From: Octopus sinensis
Lineage: Eukaryota
Assembly: GCF_006345805.1 (NCBI RefSeq)
Contig: NC_043017.1
Location: forward strand, 31,062,001 to 31,126,000
Direction: 5' to 3'
Length of the DNA stretch: 64,000 nt
In this document: positions 51,236-64,000 of the stretch, one piece after another
Numbering within the stretch: the first letter of the stretch is position 1
How the letters are laid out: each line of letters opens with the position of its first letter
The notes under the pieces: generated by a model
The model's input: the letters and a program-made list of their open reading frames with translations, nothing else
Databases searched by the model: none
What the model was told of the DNA's origin: nothing
Translations under genes and position numbers: made by a program

Positions 51236-52190
51236 TTAACGTGATCCTTCGTGCTGATCACCAGCAGCATGTTTTGTAATATTTGGCTCCAAATTTGGTA
51301 AAAAGAAATCGTAAAACCTCACACCGCACTACCTCCGTTCGGTTTCTATTCGTGGTCAAAATTTGATTTACTGCACTAAAACCTTTCTCCATCATATCAG
51401 AAGATGAAAAAGCAATAAAAAAAATAACTTGTCTATATTCCACAATACAGGATAGTTCAGACTACTTTACAACCACATTTCACACAGGCTTTGATCTTTA
51501 AAAATCATCTTTATTTATTCATCGTTCTGTAAATCAATGATAATCTACTATAAATACTCTTCTTTTTCATTCTGCGCAGCAGATTTTTTTCTTTTCTACC
51601 CAGTCAGGAGCCCTCAGGTTAATCAAATCAGTAAATCTCGTTCAAAATTTTCCTTCCGTTATTGTAAATGTGCACAGGAGGTCCCAAGTTTATCATCTGT
51701 AAATAATTATGAAGGTATTTTTATTGACAGAAACGGACAGAACTCCCTTCTGTTAAAGTTTCGCTTGTACAACTCAATTTTGGTTATAAAGATGTTAACT
51801 GCATACTTTGCGTGTATTAGGTTAAAATTGGTTCTTTGCGTTTGCAAATCCAGTTTATTTATCTGGCTATAAATATCAAATAGATAAGCCACATCACCAG
51901 GATTGAAGTCACTGTCCTTTGTTAGTTGTTCATCATGATACTTAAATATAAATTCAACAATACTATCGTAAAGCTGGGAGACGCGTCTGAAGCAGGATTC
52001 TTTTTACTGAAATAATTCAGTGTAAAGAAATGGTGTTTCGAATTTTCCTCGTATCTTTAGATAATTAAGGACTACACAGCCTCGTATTTAAGACACGTAC
52101 TTTGATATTAACAACTAATATTACAAAGATCACGTTTCAAACACCTTATTTTTTTTTTTGTTTCTTTGACAATTAAGTGTTCTTAATGAA
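51236..52190 (-). pseudogene. hAT (Buster/Charlie-like) transposase, C-terminal half, degenerate
   Basis: FLYTE..LYDSIVEF; AYLFDIYSQINKLDLQTQ..FITKIELYKRNF; IAFSSSDMMEKGFSAVNQILT.NRNR..LRFLFTK; EPNI. Confidence 0.8.
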
Positions 52191-52278
52191 TTACACAGTA
52201 GTCTGCAAAGAGATCAGTTACCTTCATTTTCATATAAGATACCAACCCAGCTTGGGGAACGGAAATGGATGGATGGAT

Positions 52279-52659
52279 GTACTCCGTCGGTTACGACGAC
52301 GAGGGTTCCGGTTGATTCGAATCAACGGAACAGCCTGCTCGTGAAATTAACGTGTAAGTGGCTGAGCACTCCACAGACACGTGTACCCTTAACGTAGTTC
52401 TCAGGGATATTCAGCGTGACACAGAGAGTGACAAGGCCGGCCCTTTGATATACAGGTACAACAGAAACAGGAAGTAAGAGTGAGAGAAAGTTGTGGTGAA
52501 AGAGTACAGCAGGGATCACCACCACCCCATGCCGGAGCCTCGTGGAGCTTTTAGGTGTTTTCGCTCAATAAACATTCACAACGCCCGGTCTGGGAATCGA
52601 AACCGCGATCCTATGACCGCGAGTCCGCTGCCCTAACCACTAGGCCATTGCGCCTCCAC
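52279..52659 (-). mobile_element. SINE family C, tail type i
   Basis: Close match to 29213-29594. Confidence 0.9.
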
Positions 52660-53034
52660 GGTGAACGGAAATAGGGAGTGCAACATCAGTTAAGCAGAAT
52701 ATATATTTTGTTGAACAAAATATTTTACCTTTAACGTATGTTTATAAGAACTTCAAAAATTGCTTCTTACTTTATCTATTTCCCACAATTTCTTTACAGA
52801 TTTCCTTTAACAAAATGCACATAAGCCACAAATAAACCTTCTTTACCCCTAACAGTTAAGCTCTCAAGTTGTATATTAAATTCTGCCCTTCTAAAATGTT
52901 GTACTAACTGGTTTTCAATATTTCCACTCATTTCCTCAACCCTTTATTACTGAGAAGAAGCGATTTTAAAATTACTATATCTTCTTTAAGGACCGGGGGA
53001 AGAGTTTCACTATTTAATGACACTATTAGAGCAA

Positions 53035-53226
53035 AGCGGCGAGCTGGCAGAAACGTTAGCATGTCGGGCGAAATGCTTGTTGATATTCCGTCAGTCTCTA
53101 CGATCTGAGTTCAAATTCCACTGAGGTCGAAATGGCCTTTCGAGGTCGATAAATTAAGTACCAGTTGCGTACTAGGTTCGATCTAATCGACTGATCCCCT
53201 GCCTTGCGCCTAGAGTAGAAAAGAAT
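53035..53226 (+). mobile_element. SINE family B variant with a short tail
   Basis: gcggcgagctggcagaaacgttagc..gagttcaaattcc..gataaattaagtacc. Confidence 0.8.
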
Positions 53227-53389
53227 GACATTATTTTAGACGCTACAACTAAGTGTTGGTTGCCATGTTTAGCTTAATAGCATGGAGTGATGAAGTAATT
53301 TTCAGTCCTTGGATTAGAATTTTAAAGATATATGTAGATAGGGGATCGATCACATGCCTACGTCATCTTTTTTATTCGTTTAAAATACT

Positions 53390-53414
53390 ATTACTACTAC
53401 TGCTGCTGCTGCTG

Positions 53415-53454
<40 letters not shown>

Positions 53455-53561
53455 AACTGCCACTGCTGCTGCTGATACTACTACTACTACTACTGCTGTT
53501 GCTACTATTACTACTACAATCACTGTTGCTGCTGCCGTTACTACTACTACTACTATCACTG

Positions 53562-53603
<42 letters not shown>

Positions 53604-53680
53604 ATAATAATAATAATAATAATAAAATAATAATAATAATAATAATAATATTAATAATAACAACAACAATAATAATAATA
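53390..53680. repeat. (CTA)n/(CTG)n-(TAA)n compound array
   Basis: Direct reading. Confidence 0.95.
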
Positions 53681-54739
53681 TATCATATTAAAAGAGAAAA
53701 AGGAGTAAAAAGAGTATATAAACATTATTATGAGTAATTTCACGAAAGGTGATATTCTAGAGCTGACGTTTTCGTAGCTTCATTTGATATAATATTTTGA
53801 GTATAAAGAAGATATACGACGCCATCGATCCGAAGCCAGAGTGATAAATCCATACAACAATGAGTTTACATGAAGCTGGCAGACTCTTTTTGTTTTCTCT
53901 GTTGCCTTTTGTTTCGTTTTGTTTTTTGTTTTTTTGTTTTGTATCTGCTGTTATAACTATATGAGCGATTTTCATCAGATTTCTTGCATGTTGAAAATAG
54001 TAAGAAATATCTAAAATTTAAAAGCCATTTTTTTTTTTTTGTGTGTCACCAATATCAAGAGGGGAAAAAAGAAACTGTTAAAATTTTTTATCAAATATAT
54101 TTTTATATAATTATGTAACTTTAAATATTTTTACAGGAACAGAATAAATAAACTGTTTGGAATAATTTCTCCGGCGGAAAACAGAGAGGAAAAAAATCTC
54201 ATAAAAGCGGGAGATATTTATGCGTATGATCTTCCATAGGAAAATAAATGAATAACTAAATAAATAAATCGCCCATAGTTAGAATTATCGAAAAATGCAT
54301 AAAAGTCCTCCACTGTAATAAAAAATTAAATTCTTCCTTTTCCCCTTCCTGTCGAAAAAGAAAATTGAATTCGAGGTTTCTGTATTTTAATTACGTTCTT
54401 CTGAAATATGATGGAGAATTTTTTTTTTTTTCAATGAACAAACTGAAAAAGAGTGCAATGGTACACTTAGTGTTTAAACTATTGGAGTATAGTTTGATCG
54501 GTTCGAGTTAATATTGATTTATGTAGATTTAAAATAAACAATTGTTTTCTCTCGGAAGTCTGACGACAGCGTTAAGGTCTTCGTAAATAGCGTGACAATA
54601 AATTTAGAATCAAATATGTTACTTAGCTTGATTGAGATGGAGTTCTTTTACCTACCGGCTGTCATCCTCATCCGGAAGAAAAAAACGTAACGAGTACGTC
54701 TTTGATAGAATTTGAGGGTAAACACATGAAATGAAACAT

Positions 54740-54970
54740 TTTATCTTCAAGGCCGCTTTTTGTAATTTTTCAAAAATTGTTTCTTTATGTCTGTTTGCAA
54801 AAATTCATAGAAAAGAATTTCTTCGTAGCTTTTCTTTCCTCTAGCAAAACGCACGTAAATCATCAATAAAATTTTCTTGCCCTGTACAATTGATTTGTCA
54901 TGCTGTTTGCTAAATTCTTTCTTTCTAAGATTTATACACAACAGGTTTTCAATATCATCACTCATTTCAT
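54740..54970 (-). pseudogene. hAT (Buster-like) transposase fragment around the first catalytic Asp
   Basis: MSDDIENLLCINLRKKEFSKQHDKSIVQG..LLMIYVRF..EEILF..LQTD resembles M.EDIE..L...FSLQLDES....LL.YVRF...EELLF..L.TD. Confidence 0.7.
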
Positions 54971-55104
54971 TAATCTAGTAAGTTACTACTACACTGGGTG
55001 ATACGATTTTTGTCCATGGAGAGCAGCAACCGTTATTTCCTATTTGCTTACCCCTAGAAAGTATGGAAAAGGGCTAATACTTACTTCAAGGTTCACTTTT
55101 GTTA

Positions 55105-55265
55105 CATTTATTCGAACACCAAAGAATCCTTGTCAATACACGTCTGTAATGCTCCTCCAATACATCTGCTCATGATCAGAGATGCATATTTTGTCAGCCG
55201 CTAAGGGGCATGCTCAAGTAGTAAACTGACACGTATGTCTGTGGTATTGGAAAGAATATTTAGTA
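55105..55265 (-). mobile_element. Family G, diverged central fragment
   Basis: ctgctcatgatcagagatgcata..gtcagccgctaagggg.catgctcaa. Confidence 0.6.
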
Positions 55266-56318
55266 TAACGATATGTCTGCTTCAGCAACTCAGAGCTGAA
55301 TCTGTCTAAAATGTAATGGAAAATAGGTCAGTTTCAAAATGCTTACGTTCAGGTCACAAAAGCAAAGTTTGGAAAGAATACTAGTCATTTCCTTTGGTCT
55401 CCAGATAGAAACACATGGGAAATAATTTACTGACCACAGACAAGAAAAAAGAAAATGTTAAATAGTCCTATTACTGAGAGGAGCCAGTCTTAATATACCT
55501 GTGTCTACTTTAAAGAGAATAGTAAGAATATCAGACCCTGATGATACAATAAAAGTCTCAAATTTTATGCAGTATGGTGCTCACAAAATGTCTGTGGAAA
55601 GGTTTGCAAATGTCATGAATTTAGATTTTACAACGCTTCAATAATTGTATTCTTCTGAAAATGCTTCAATTGGAATTAAATGGTGCTCCACCGATCATTT
55701 ACCGAAAGGGCCATGCAGTTATCTGAAGACCGAGTTTATGTATTTTCAGTTAATTTTACCGAGATGCTAGAAATATTAGTAAACATGGACGGGCCGAGGA
55801 AAATGGAGTTCAAGTTCGTTGAATGATTTCTCAAATGATAAATAGCAAAACGACGCTAGGCGGCTGCACGTGCGACTCAATAACAGGCAGCAATTTATTT
55901 TGAGGTAAAGATGCTTAATCCCATTAAAGAAATTGCTGATTGAAATGAGAAAATAAACAAGGCAAAGTATACTCCAGAGACGACTGTGCGCCAAGAGGCT
56001 GTTTGGCTGAAAATTCCACGCTACCACGCCAATAACACATATTATGATGTATACGGAAAAGCTCTTCGGATCTTCGTTCATAAAAGGTAACCATATATTA
56101 ATAACACACAGGGCCATGATTACGTTGTAAACATCTAAAATTTCGAAAAGTACTTGAAATCTATTAAATATAATAAAATCTGGACGTTTATGGTCCTACC
56201 GTTATCCCTGTATCCTTGATGATGTTATACAAATTTGCCCTCGCATCTTTAAGTTCGTATACTGCAATATCATTTTTTTGCCTCAATCTTCATTTTTTTT
56301 TGTCTGTTTGTTACTTTT

Positions 56319-56607
56319 GGGGCTATACCTGGCTCATAAGGCCGGTTTCCGTATTCCTTGGCGTATAGGTTCCCCACCTGGATGGGACGACGCCGGTCCT
56401 TCGCAGGTGAGCTGCAAGATGCAGGAAGAATGAGTGAGAGAAAGTCGTGGCGAAATAGTCAGCAGAAGTTCGCCATTACTTTCTGCTGAAGCCGCGTGGA
56501 ACTTCGGTGTTTCGCTCATAAACACACACATCGCCCGGTCTGAGGTTCGAACCCGCGATCCTTCGACCGCGAATCCGGTGCTCTAACCACTAGGCCATGT
56601 GCCTCCA
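56319..56607 (-). mobile_element. SINE family C, tail type iii
   Basis: Related head (ggaggcacatggcctagtggttagagc..gggttcgaacc) and body, with a different 3' tail. Confidence 0.8.
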
Positions 56608-56962
56608 CTCAATCATTATGACATTAAAGGTCTCACTAAGGAGTGATATGGACCCCCTGGGAATCACTGTTGTAAATATTGCAATGTTCTACTATGTTTC
56701 AATATTCCAAACCTTTGGGCTCGTATCAGAAGAACAGTAAACTTTACAATCAACAGATCAACATCTCTGCTTTGATTTATGCAACAAACTTCACTCTCTC
56801 AATTGTACTCTGAACAGTATTAAGAAACAGTGCTTTTAATTATATTGCTGACACTGGTTTTTCTTTTATCATTAAGTATCATGGAAGTGGAAATGTTAAC
56901 GTATGCGACTACGGATGATCAATCACATCTATTAATTGGACCCTTTGTATTTGGGCTATATA

Positions 56963-57605
56963 GATAAACGATAAAAAGAAAACAAGGACGAGTCATTTGG
57001 AGTTTTCTTTACTCTGTCAAGTTCCAGATTATCTTTGCAATTTAGGCTGGTTATACTCGAGATTGCTCCAATCTGGCCAGCCCCAAGGAAACCTAAGCTA
57101 AGAGCATTAGATTCCTTCAAAGAAAGCTGCGAATTATACAAAAACAAGGACGGGAAAAAACGGACAGTGTAACAGACACACAATACAGATAATAACAGGA
57201 CATAACAACAGGTGTATTTCGGCGTGTGTGGAAATGAAGACTTACGGCAGGGATACAAGATTTCATAGACAGAGGGAGGAATATTAATGTTGCACGGACA
57301 ACGGCCAGACCAAGAAAGAAACATTAGGCATGGCCGAACGCCGGTCACGTGGGAAGAGAATAGAGAGAGGCAGAGGGACAGAAGAATTAAGGAGGGGCGC
57401 CCCTCTTTAATTCCATCCTTGCTTTTGTATACATTTGCTGCTTTCTTCCAAGGAATCTAATGCTCGTAGATTAGTTTTTCCTTTGGGTTGACCAGATTGG
57501 GGTAATCTCGAGTATAATCAGCCGAAATTGCAAAGATAATCTGGAACTCGACTGAGAAAAGAAAACTCTTAGTGACCAGTCCTTGTTTTCTTTGTATCGT
57601 CTATC
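56963..57605. repeat. Inverted repeat P3: arms 56963-57149 and 57417-57605
   Basis: agttccagattatctttgcaattt..tatactcgagatt..caatctgg..gagcattagattcctt occurs in both orientations. Confidence 0.88.
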
Positions 57606-57886
57606 TCGATGTTTTGTTGTCCCTTTTTTGTATCACCTGTCTGGATGTTTTGAGTTCTTGTCCCATTTTGTATTTTATATATATTTATAATATAAATAAT
57701 ATATCTGTGCATATATACATATATGTTGAAGTATGAAAATATGAAATTCGTAAACAAATTTGGGTATGCAAACAATGAGAAAAACAAATGGGAAATAAGA
57801 CAAGTAACATAAAGAAACCCTTCCTAAGTTGTCGGCTGTCTATCCACTCCTCATTTCGAGCATTGAACCACATCCATCAATCCATA

Positions 57887-57917
<31 letters not shown>

Positions 57918-57919
<2 letters not shown>

Positions 57920-58472
57920 GGTGGCTTCCCCCTCGTCATCGAGTATGGCCATTGCACGAAGCTTAATCAATGTTGTTATCGTGCAATGACTGTGCAAGAA
58001 GATTCTTTTTAAAGTGAGGAAAGGCTGTGCACTGAGTCAATCCCACTCACTAAGCAACAGCAGCCATAATCCGAAAAGAAGAACAAGTCAACATCATCGG
58101 TAACCACTGAGCCGCAGATTTATGTCGGAGTTATCCCAGTTACCTGAGTTGCCTTCTCCTAGAAGGATGGCCTGACAAAGGCTAGGAGTCCTTCACTCCC
58201 AATGGTTTAACTGCGCGATCGAGTATTCAGTCCGATTATTTCTATGTCCCCGCGCATGATACAGCCTTAAGACATTTATTGGATGGCCGTTGACTCTCAA
58301 GAGTTCCTCCGCCCTTTGACGGGTTTTGTTTTTCATCCCGCTGGGTGTGCAATAAACACTTCCCCACCATGCAAGCTTGGTGGGGTTGCCGGTTTAGTCG
58401 CCGACGACCCGACCATGCAACAGGTTGTACTGGGTTACATGTTACCAGTAGCACTCGAAAGTGACCTGACAT
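57918..58472 (-). mobile_element. Non-autonomous RTE-derived element (family D), second copy
   Basis: Matches 11846-12385; minus-strand 3' end gtgggattgactcagtgcacagcc..catactcgatgacgaggggg. Confidence 0.7.
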
Positions 58473-59129
58473 AATATACATACATACATATGTATATGTC
58501 TAGTATTGATGTATGTATATCTACCTCTCTGTTTAGATATCCTTCTGTTTCTGCCTCTCGCATCCATTACGCTAATATTTCTGTCTTAATAGATATCACA
58601 TGAAATTAAATATTTTATTAGTAACGATCATTTATCCAGCAAAATAGTCTACACCATCACATAACACTCTTCCAGTTTTCTTCCCCGAAGACACAATCCT
58701 TCAAAATCAAAAACAAAAACAAAAAGCCACACCATGTCATCAAGGTTCCATGCAATACACCAGACACCACTCGACTGAATATATTAATCTTGTTTTACTT
58801 AAGGAATCGATTGAATACCTAGCCTTCGTTTTATTGCTATTCTTATTTGCTCGCACGTACGTTTGGAACTTAGAAAAATAAGAGCTGTTTTAATGAGCTT
58901 CTAAAAGTCTGATTGACAGTTGTCTTTTTGTAGAAAATGATGAATTCACTTTGTAACTTATTTTATATTCATATTAGTAACTGATGTTTTTATTGTGTAT
59001 TTTTTCTTAGTAGAATTGCAGAAGGATTGTTTTCTGTAGCATCAATAAAATTTTGATAAACTTGTATAATAGTAATTTAATTTCATGTTGAGTTGTGTTT
59101 AGGTATGAATGCACCCGTGCTTTTTTATA

Positions 59130-59580
59130 CTTGTAAAGAATATATATATATATTATATATATAATATATATATATATATACTTATACATGCATACATATA
59201 TATGTATATATATATATATACATATATGTGTGTGTGTGTGTATTCAACGCATATTATATATATATATATATATGTATATATACAAACAACGCATATATAT
59301 CTAAAATATAAATGCAATTTATTTACATTTATATTAAATATAAGTCATTTTATGTATGTATGTTATAAATATCATATACCCATAGACACATAGCCTTACA
59401 CACACTTATATACGCATATACATATATATATATACATACATGCATGCACACACAGTTATATAATACATACATACATACAAAAATACAAATATACGTATAT
59501 ACACACACAGACATGTATAATCTGTTTGAAAATGTGTGTTGCCTTTGGTGACAGGAAGATATAGGTAGCAAAGTAGATAG

Positions 59581-59679
<99 letters not shown>

Positions 59680-59928
59680 CAAACAGACAGAGAGACAGAT
59701 GGACAGACAGACAGACAGACAGATAGATAGATAGACATACAGAGAGACAGATGGACGGACGGATGAACACAAAGAAACAGACAGATAGATAGAGACATAG
59801 ATAGACAGATACATACATACATACATACAAAGACAAACAGACAGACAGACACATTGACAGACGGATGGACACACAGACAGATAGTTAGATAGACAGATAG
59901 ATAGACAGACAGATAGATATATAGATAT

Positions 59929-59969
<41 letters not shown>

Positions 59970-59974
59970 CAGAC

Positions 59975-60035
<61 letters not shown>
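59130..60035. repeat. (TA)n then long (AGAT)n/(AGAC)n arrays
   Basis: Direct reading. Confidence 0.95.
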
Positions 60036-60459
60036 TTTGGTTAGAAAAATAGGTTTATGTAGATATTAGATAGAACTATACTTTATTTCAAATATTAGGT
60101 GAAAAAAAAAATAATTTCATAAAGAAACGAATGATATAAATGAAGTACATTTCTTGAGTGTGCTCGTGTGTGTATATGGGTGAGGGTATGCGCGTGAGTG
60201 CGTGTTTGTGTGTGTGTATGTGTGTGTATGGGTGTGTGTGAATATTTGATTGATGCTTGTGTGCATTTTTCCTTATGTGATGTGAGTGCTTGTGCGAACA
60301 TCTTTATATGTGCAAACGCATTTTCGAGAAACAAACAACTGTTAAAAAATTAAAAAAAAACAAAAACAAGCAAAACAAGCAGAAAGGATAAAATGTGAAA
60401 TAAAATAGAAAAAGGTTATCTAAAATGCATATTTCTCTGTATATTTGTATGCCTATAGT

Positions 60460-60482
60460 CTACGTATATGTATGTATGTATG

Positions 60483-60538
<56 letters not shown>

Positions 60539-60674
60539 ATATATATGGGTGTTTGTGTGTGTTGTGTGTGTGTGTGTATCAATATTCCTGTTCGTATATA
60601 TATATATAAATATGCAAGTATGTATGTATATATATATATTATATATATGTATGTATATATATATATATATATGC

Positions 60675-60714
<40 letters not shown>

Positions 60715-61149
60715 CACGTATATTTATATGTATATATACATACACACACACACGCATGCACACACATACACACAAGCACAAACACATACACGTATATATA
60801 TATGTAATGCATATATAATGCATACATAATGCATCCATGTATTATATGTGCATATATACATAGATACATACATGTAAACGCGTACATAAATGTGCGTGAC
60901 TGTGTCTGTGTGCGTTTACATTTGTTTTTGTAATGTGACACTGACTGATGTGATTCGCCAAGGAATGAGTTCAAGAAGTTTTTTTATAATTTGAAAACTC
61001 CTATGCATATGTGCGCATGCGTATGTGCTTTTAGGCTACTGTGTTTATACAGTCATACGCATATATATATATATATATATGTATGTTTATATATGTATGT
61101 ATATATATGTATATATGTATATGTATATATATATGTATATATATATATG

Positions 61150-61186
<37 letters not shown>

Positions 61187-61364
61187 GTATATATATGTAT
61201 ATATATATTTATGAATATATATGAATATATATATATGTATGAATATATATGAATATATATATATATATACATACATACCTAAATAAATATATGTCTCTCT
61301 CACTTTATATATATATATATATATAATATATATATATATATTATATATATATATATACATATAT

Positions 61365-61424
<60 letters not shown>

Positions 61425-61510
61425 TGTGTGTGTATATACTTGCGTCCATGCAAGCATACGTACATACATACTTACATACATTCATACTTAAATACATATA
61501 TACATATAAG
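60460..61510. repeat. Large TA/TG/CA microsatellite field
   Basis: Direct reading. Confidence 0.95.
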
Positions 61511-62115
61511 CAGAGCTTACGACTTACAATATGTTTGCTGTGTTAGTAAACGTGCTGAGGGTAAAAAAAAAATGAAATAAAGAAATAGATAGATAACTAA
61601 ATCGAAACAACAGCAACAGCAACACAAGCAACAATAAGACATCAAACATGTAAAAAAAAACTACTAAGAGATGGAGAAAAATATGAAATATTCCACCGCA
61701 CAATAAGCAGAACATATAAATACATTTTTAAAAAGTAATGTTGGCAGGGAACTAGTCGTAATGAAGTATTTTTCAAATGGTATATTTCATTGAAAGATCA
61801 TAAAGGATAATAATGTAAAATGAAGTTGAATCACAAAGCACAAGGGTTTTGTGGCAAAAGAACAGAAAAGCTGAACAAAATATAAGCAACCTATGTGCGT
61901 ATACGTGTATGAAGTTGTTATATTTATGAGGATGAATATGGATGTGGTGTACACATGCCGATGTATGCGAAATAATTTAGTACTTCTGTGTGTGTATGTG
62001 TGCATACATGAATGTTGATTTGTATAGTCGCATTGCTTAAATGCATTGAGTAAAATTTTGCTGCAGTTTCATGCGATTCTGCGTACTATATATATATATG
62101 TATATATATATATAT

Positions 62116-62170
<55 letters not shown>

Positions 62171-62173
62171 ATA

Positions 62174-62463
62174 TCACCGTGATCACTGTGGCCGACCAGG
62201 CTATCAGATGTTGCTACACATCGCTGATCACAATGTGCTTCGCATTGTTTTCGCCTTCAAATGACGCCACCCCGCTGGCCAAGCGAGCAGGTCAACAGAA
62301 GAAAGCATGAGAGAAAGTTGTGGCGAAAGAGTACAGCAGGGATCCCCACCACCTCCTGCCGGATCATTGTGAAGTTTTAGGTGTTTTTGGTCAATAAACA
62401 CTCACAACGCCCGGTCTCGGAATCGAAACCGCGGTCCTACGACTGTGAGTCCGCTGCCCTAAC
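62174..62463 (-). mobile_element. SINE family C, tail type ii, 5' clipped
   Basis: Matches 25466-25749. Confidence 0.85.
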
Positions 62464-62799
62464 AATATATATATATATATACATATACACATATGTATAT
62501 ATATAGTTCTTCCTATGTATATTTGAGCAACGGCTTTTCGAAACATTACCTTTTCCTAATGTCCTGAAGAAAGGTTCAAAACCCGGAGATGTAGAAATAA
62601 AAAATAAAACTGCAACATTGCTTTGTTTTTCTTTTGTTCTTTACTTTTGTAACGTGTCTCATTATAGAACAAATCTCGCCATACACACACACACACACGC
62701 ACACACTCACACACACACACTTGTCATCTTCGCACACCTTCTTTACCATTCCGTCTTTGATATAGCTCTCCTGTTTTTTAAAAACATTTTCTTCTACTC

Positions 62800-63015
62800 T
62801 GACCACTTCCGCCTTTTAGTATGTGACCTCGTCTGTATCACTAGCGATTTTTTTCCTCTGTCTTCCCTCCTCGGGACCTTTCCTTCTCCTATGTTTCCGA
62901 CGAAGAGCTCCGCTCGAAACGTCAAACCCTCCTTCTTCCCTTCTTTCCTGAGCGTCCAATAATACTTTATTTGTTCCACGTCCTTGCGTTGTTGCCTTTT
63001 TGTTTTCTTGTTTGG
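62800..63015 (+). mobile_element. Penelope-like terminal repeat family J
   Basis: Inverted homolog of 20118-20320. Confidence 0.75.
62893..62927 (+). ncRNA. Minimal type-I hammerhead ribozyme fold (U4C in this copy)
   Basis: GUUU CCGACGA A GAGC UCC GCUC GAAAC GUC AAAC; stem I GUUU/AAAC; GUC cleavage triplet. Confidence 0.6.
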
Positions 63016-63693
63016 ATCATATATATATAATGTAAATATGTGTATGTATGCGTGTGTGTGAGTTATATGTAAAGCTAAGATCCAAGTGTTCAGGTGTAGG
63101 AAGTTAGTGTGCTCGGAGTTGTGCGTAGAAGGTGAAAAGAAAACTTTCGGGTACAATGATAGTTTATTGATGTAAGAGTCAGTAAATGTTTCCCGTATCG
63201 CAGTTCGATAAGCTGAATGAAACAAGTTACTTTATAGTTTACGGTTAGCAACTGTGGTGCTGTGTATGCCAATAAAAATCCAAATTTAGGGAATTTTTTT
63301 TTTTTAACTGAGGTATCTTTAGCCTGATGAATAGCTAGCGGCGTACCACTCGTTCAGTAATTACTACTTCCGAGGTTCTGCTTGCTAGGAAACATATGAA
63401 GCCTAGATTTTACCTGCTCCATTTATTAAATTTGGATACACACACACGTGCATTCGTCGCGTCGCAATGGCTGCGATATACGGCCGCTTTCGATCGGTCG
63501 TTAAACATTTTTTAAAAAATACTATACGAGAGGAACCAACTTGAGTCTTAAATAAAAGTGGTTACCTTGTATCAAACTCACAGAACCGCTAAATCAAAAT
63601 AAAACCAGATAAAAAAAGACCAATAACAAACATCCTTAATTAAAATTTTTAAACACACATTTATTCCTATGAACACAGAAAAAAACCCTTTCA

Positions 63694-64000
63694 GGTACCT
63701 TTTCGGTTTGAACGGCAGTTTTTTCTGGCGGTGTCATATGAAATTGCCACCCATAATTATGATCCTAGAATCGAACTATTGCATTTCAATCTATTTTAGA
63801 TTTAGGGTTAGTTAGGTTTAGTTAGGGTTAGGGCTAGGGTTAAGGTTAGGGGTGGGGGAAGGGTATCTTTTTTTTCTTCACAAATGTAAATAAACCCAAT
63901 CTGTTTCTTAAACGAGGGACATATTCATACGGCACAGAATGCTTTTTAACTCAATAGACGTCACTGATTGGTTGAAATTGCAGAAATTGAAGAAAAAACA
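63694..64000 (+). mobile_element. Probable interspersed element carrying TTAGGG-like repeats; may run off the window
   Basis: Starts gtaccttttcggtttgaacggcagttttt; degenerate TTAGGG array at 63802-63852. Confidence 0.5.

Overview
AT-rich, repeat-saturated eukaryotic DNA, most likely from an octopus or another coleoid cephalopod. This is inferred from the tRNA-derived SINE families and the very dense (TA)n, (AGAT)n and (AAT)n microsatellites. I found no intact host gene, rRNA, true tRNA or CRISPR array, and nearly all ORFs in the track are microsatellite translations. The recognisable coding remnants all come from transposons: R4/Dong-type non-LTR retrotransposons with a restriction-like endonuclease (two families), a Penelope GIY-YIG remnant, mariner, maT/DD37D Tc1-mariner, hAT (Buster/Charlie-like) and Chapaev3-like fragments. 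About 35 SINE copies or fragments, two RTE-derived non-autonomous elements and several foldback elements are also present. Three signals stand out. (1) Two families of short non-coding repeats carry minimal type-I hammerhead ribozyme folds; stem I covaries between them and one family has a consistent non-canonical core. (2) A single (TAA)n microsatellite at 48.8-51.2 kb hosts a young Dong/R4 LINE fragment plus two copies of an unclassified ~545-bp non-coding element, all in one orientation. (3) SINE heads, bodies and tails are visibly swapped between families. All coordinates, alignments and translations were read by eye; family names come from recalled motif similarity, not database searches.
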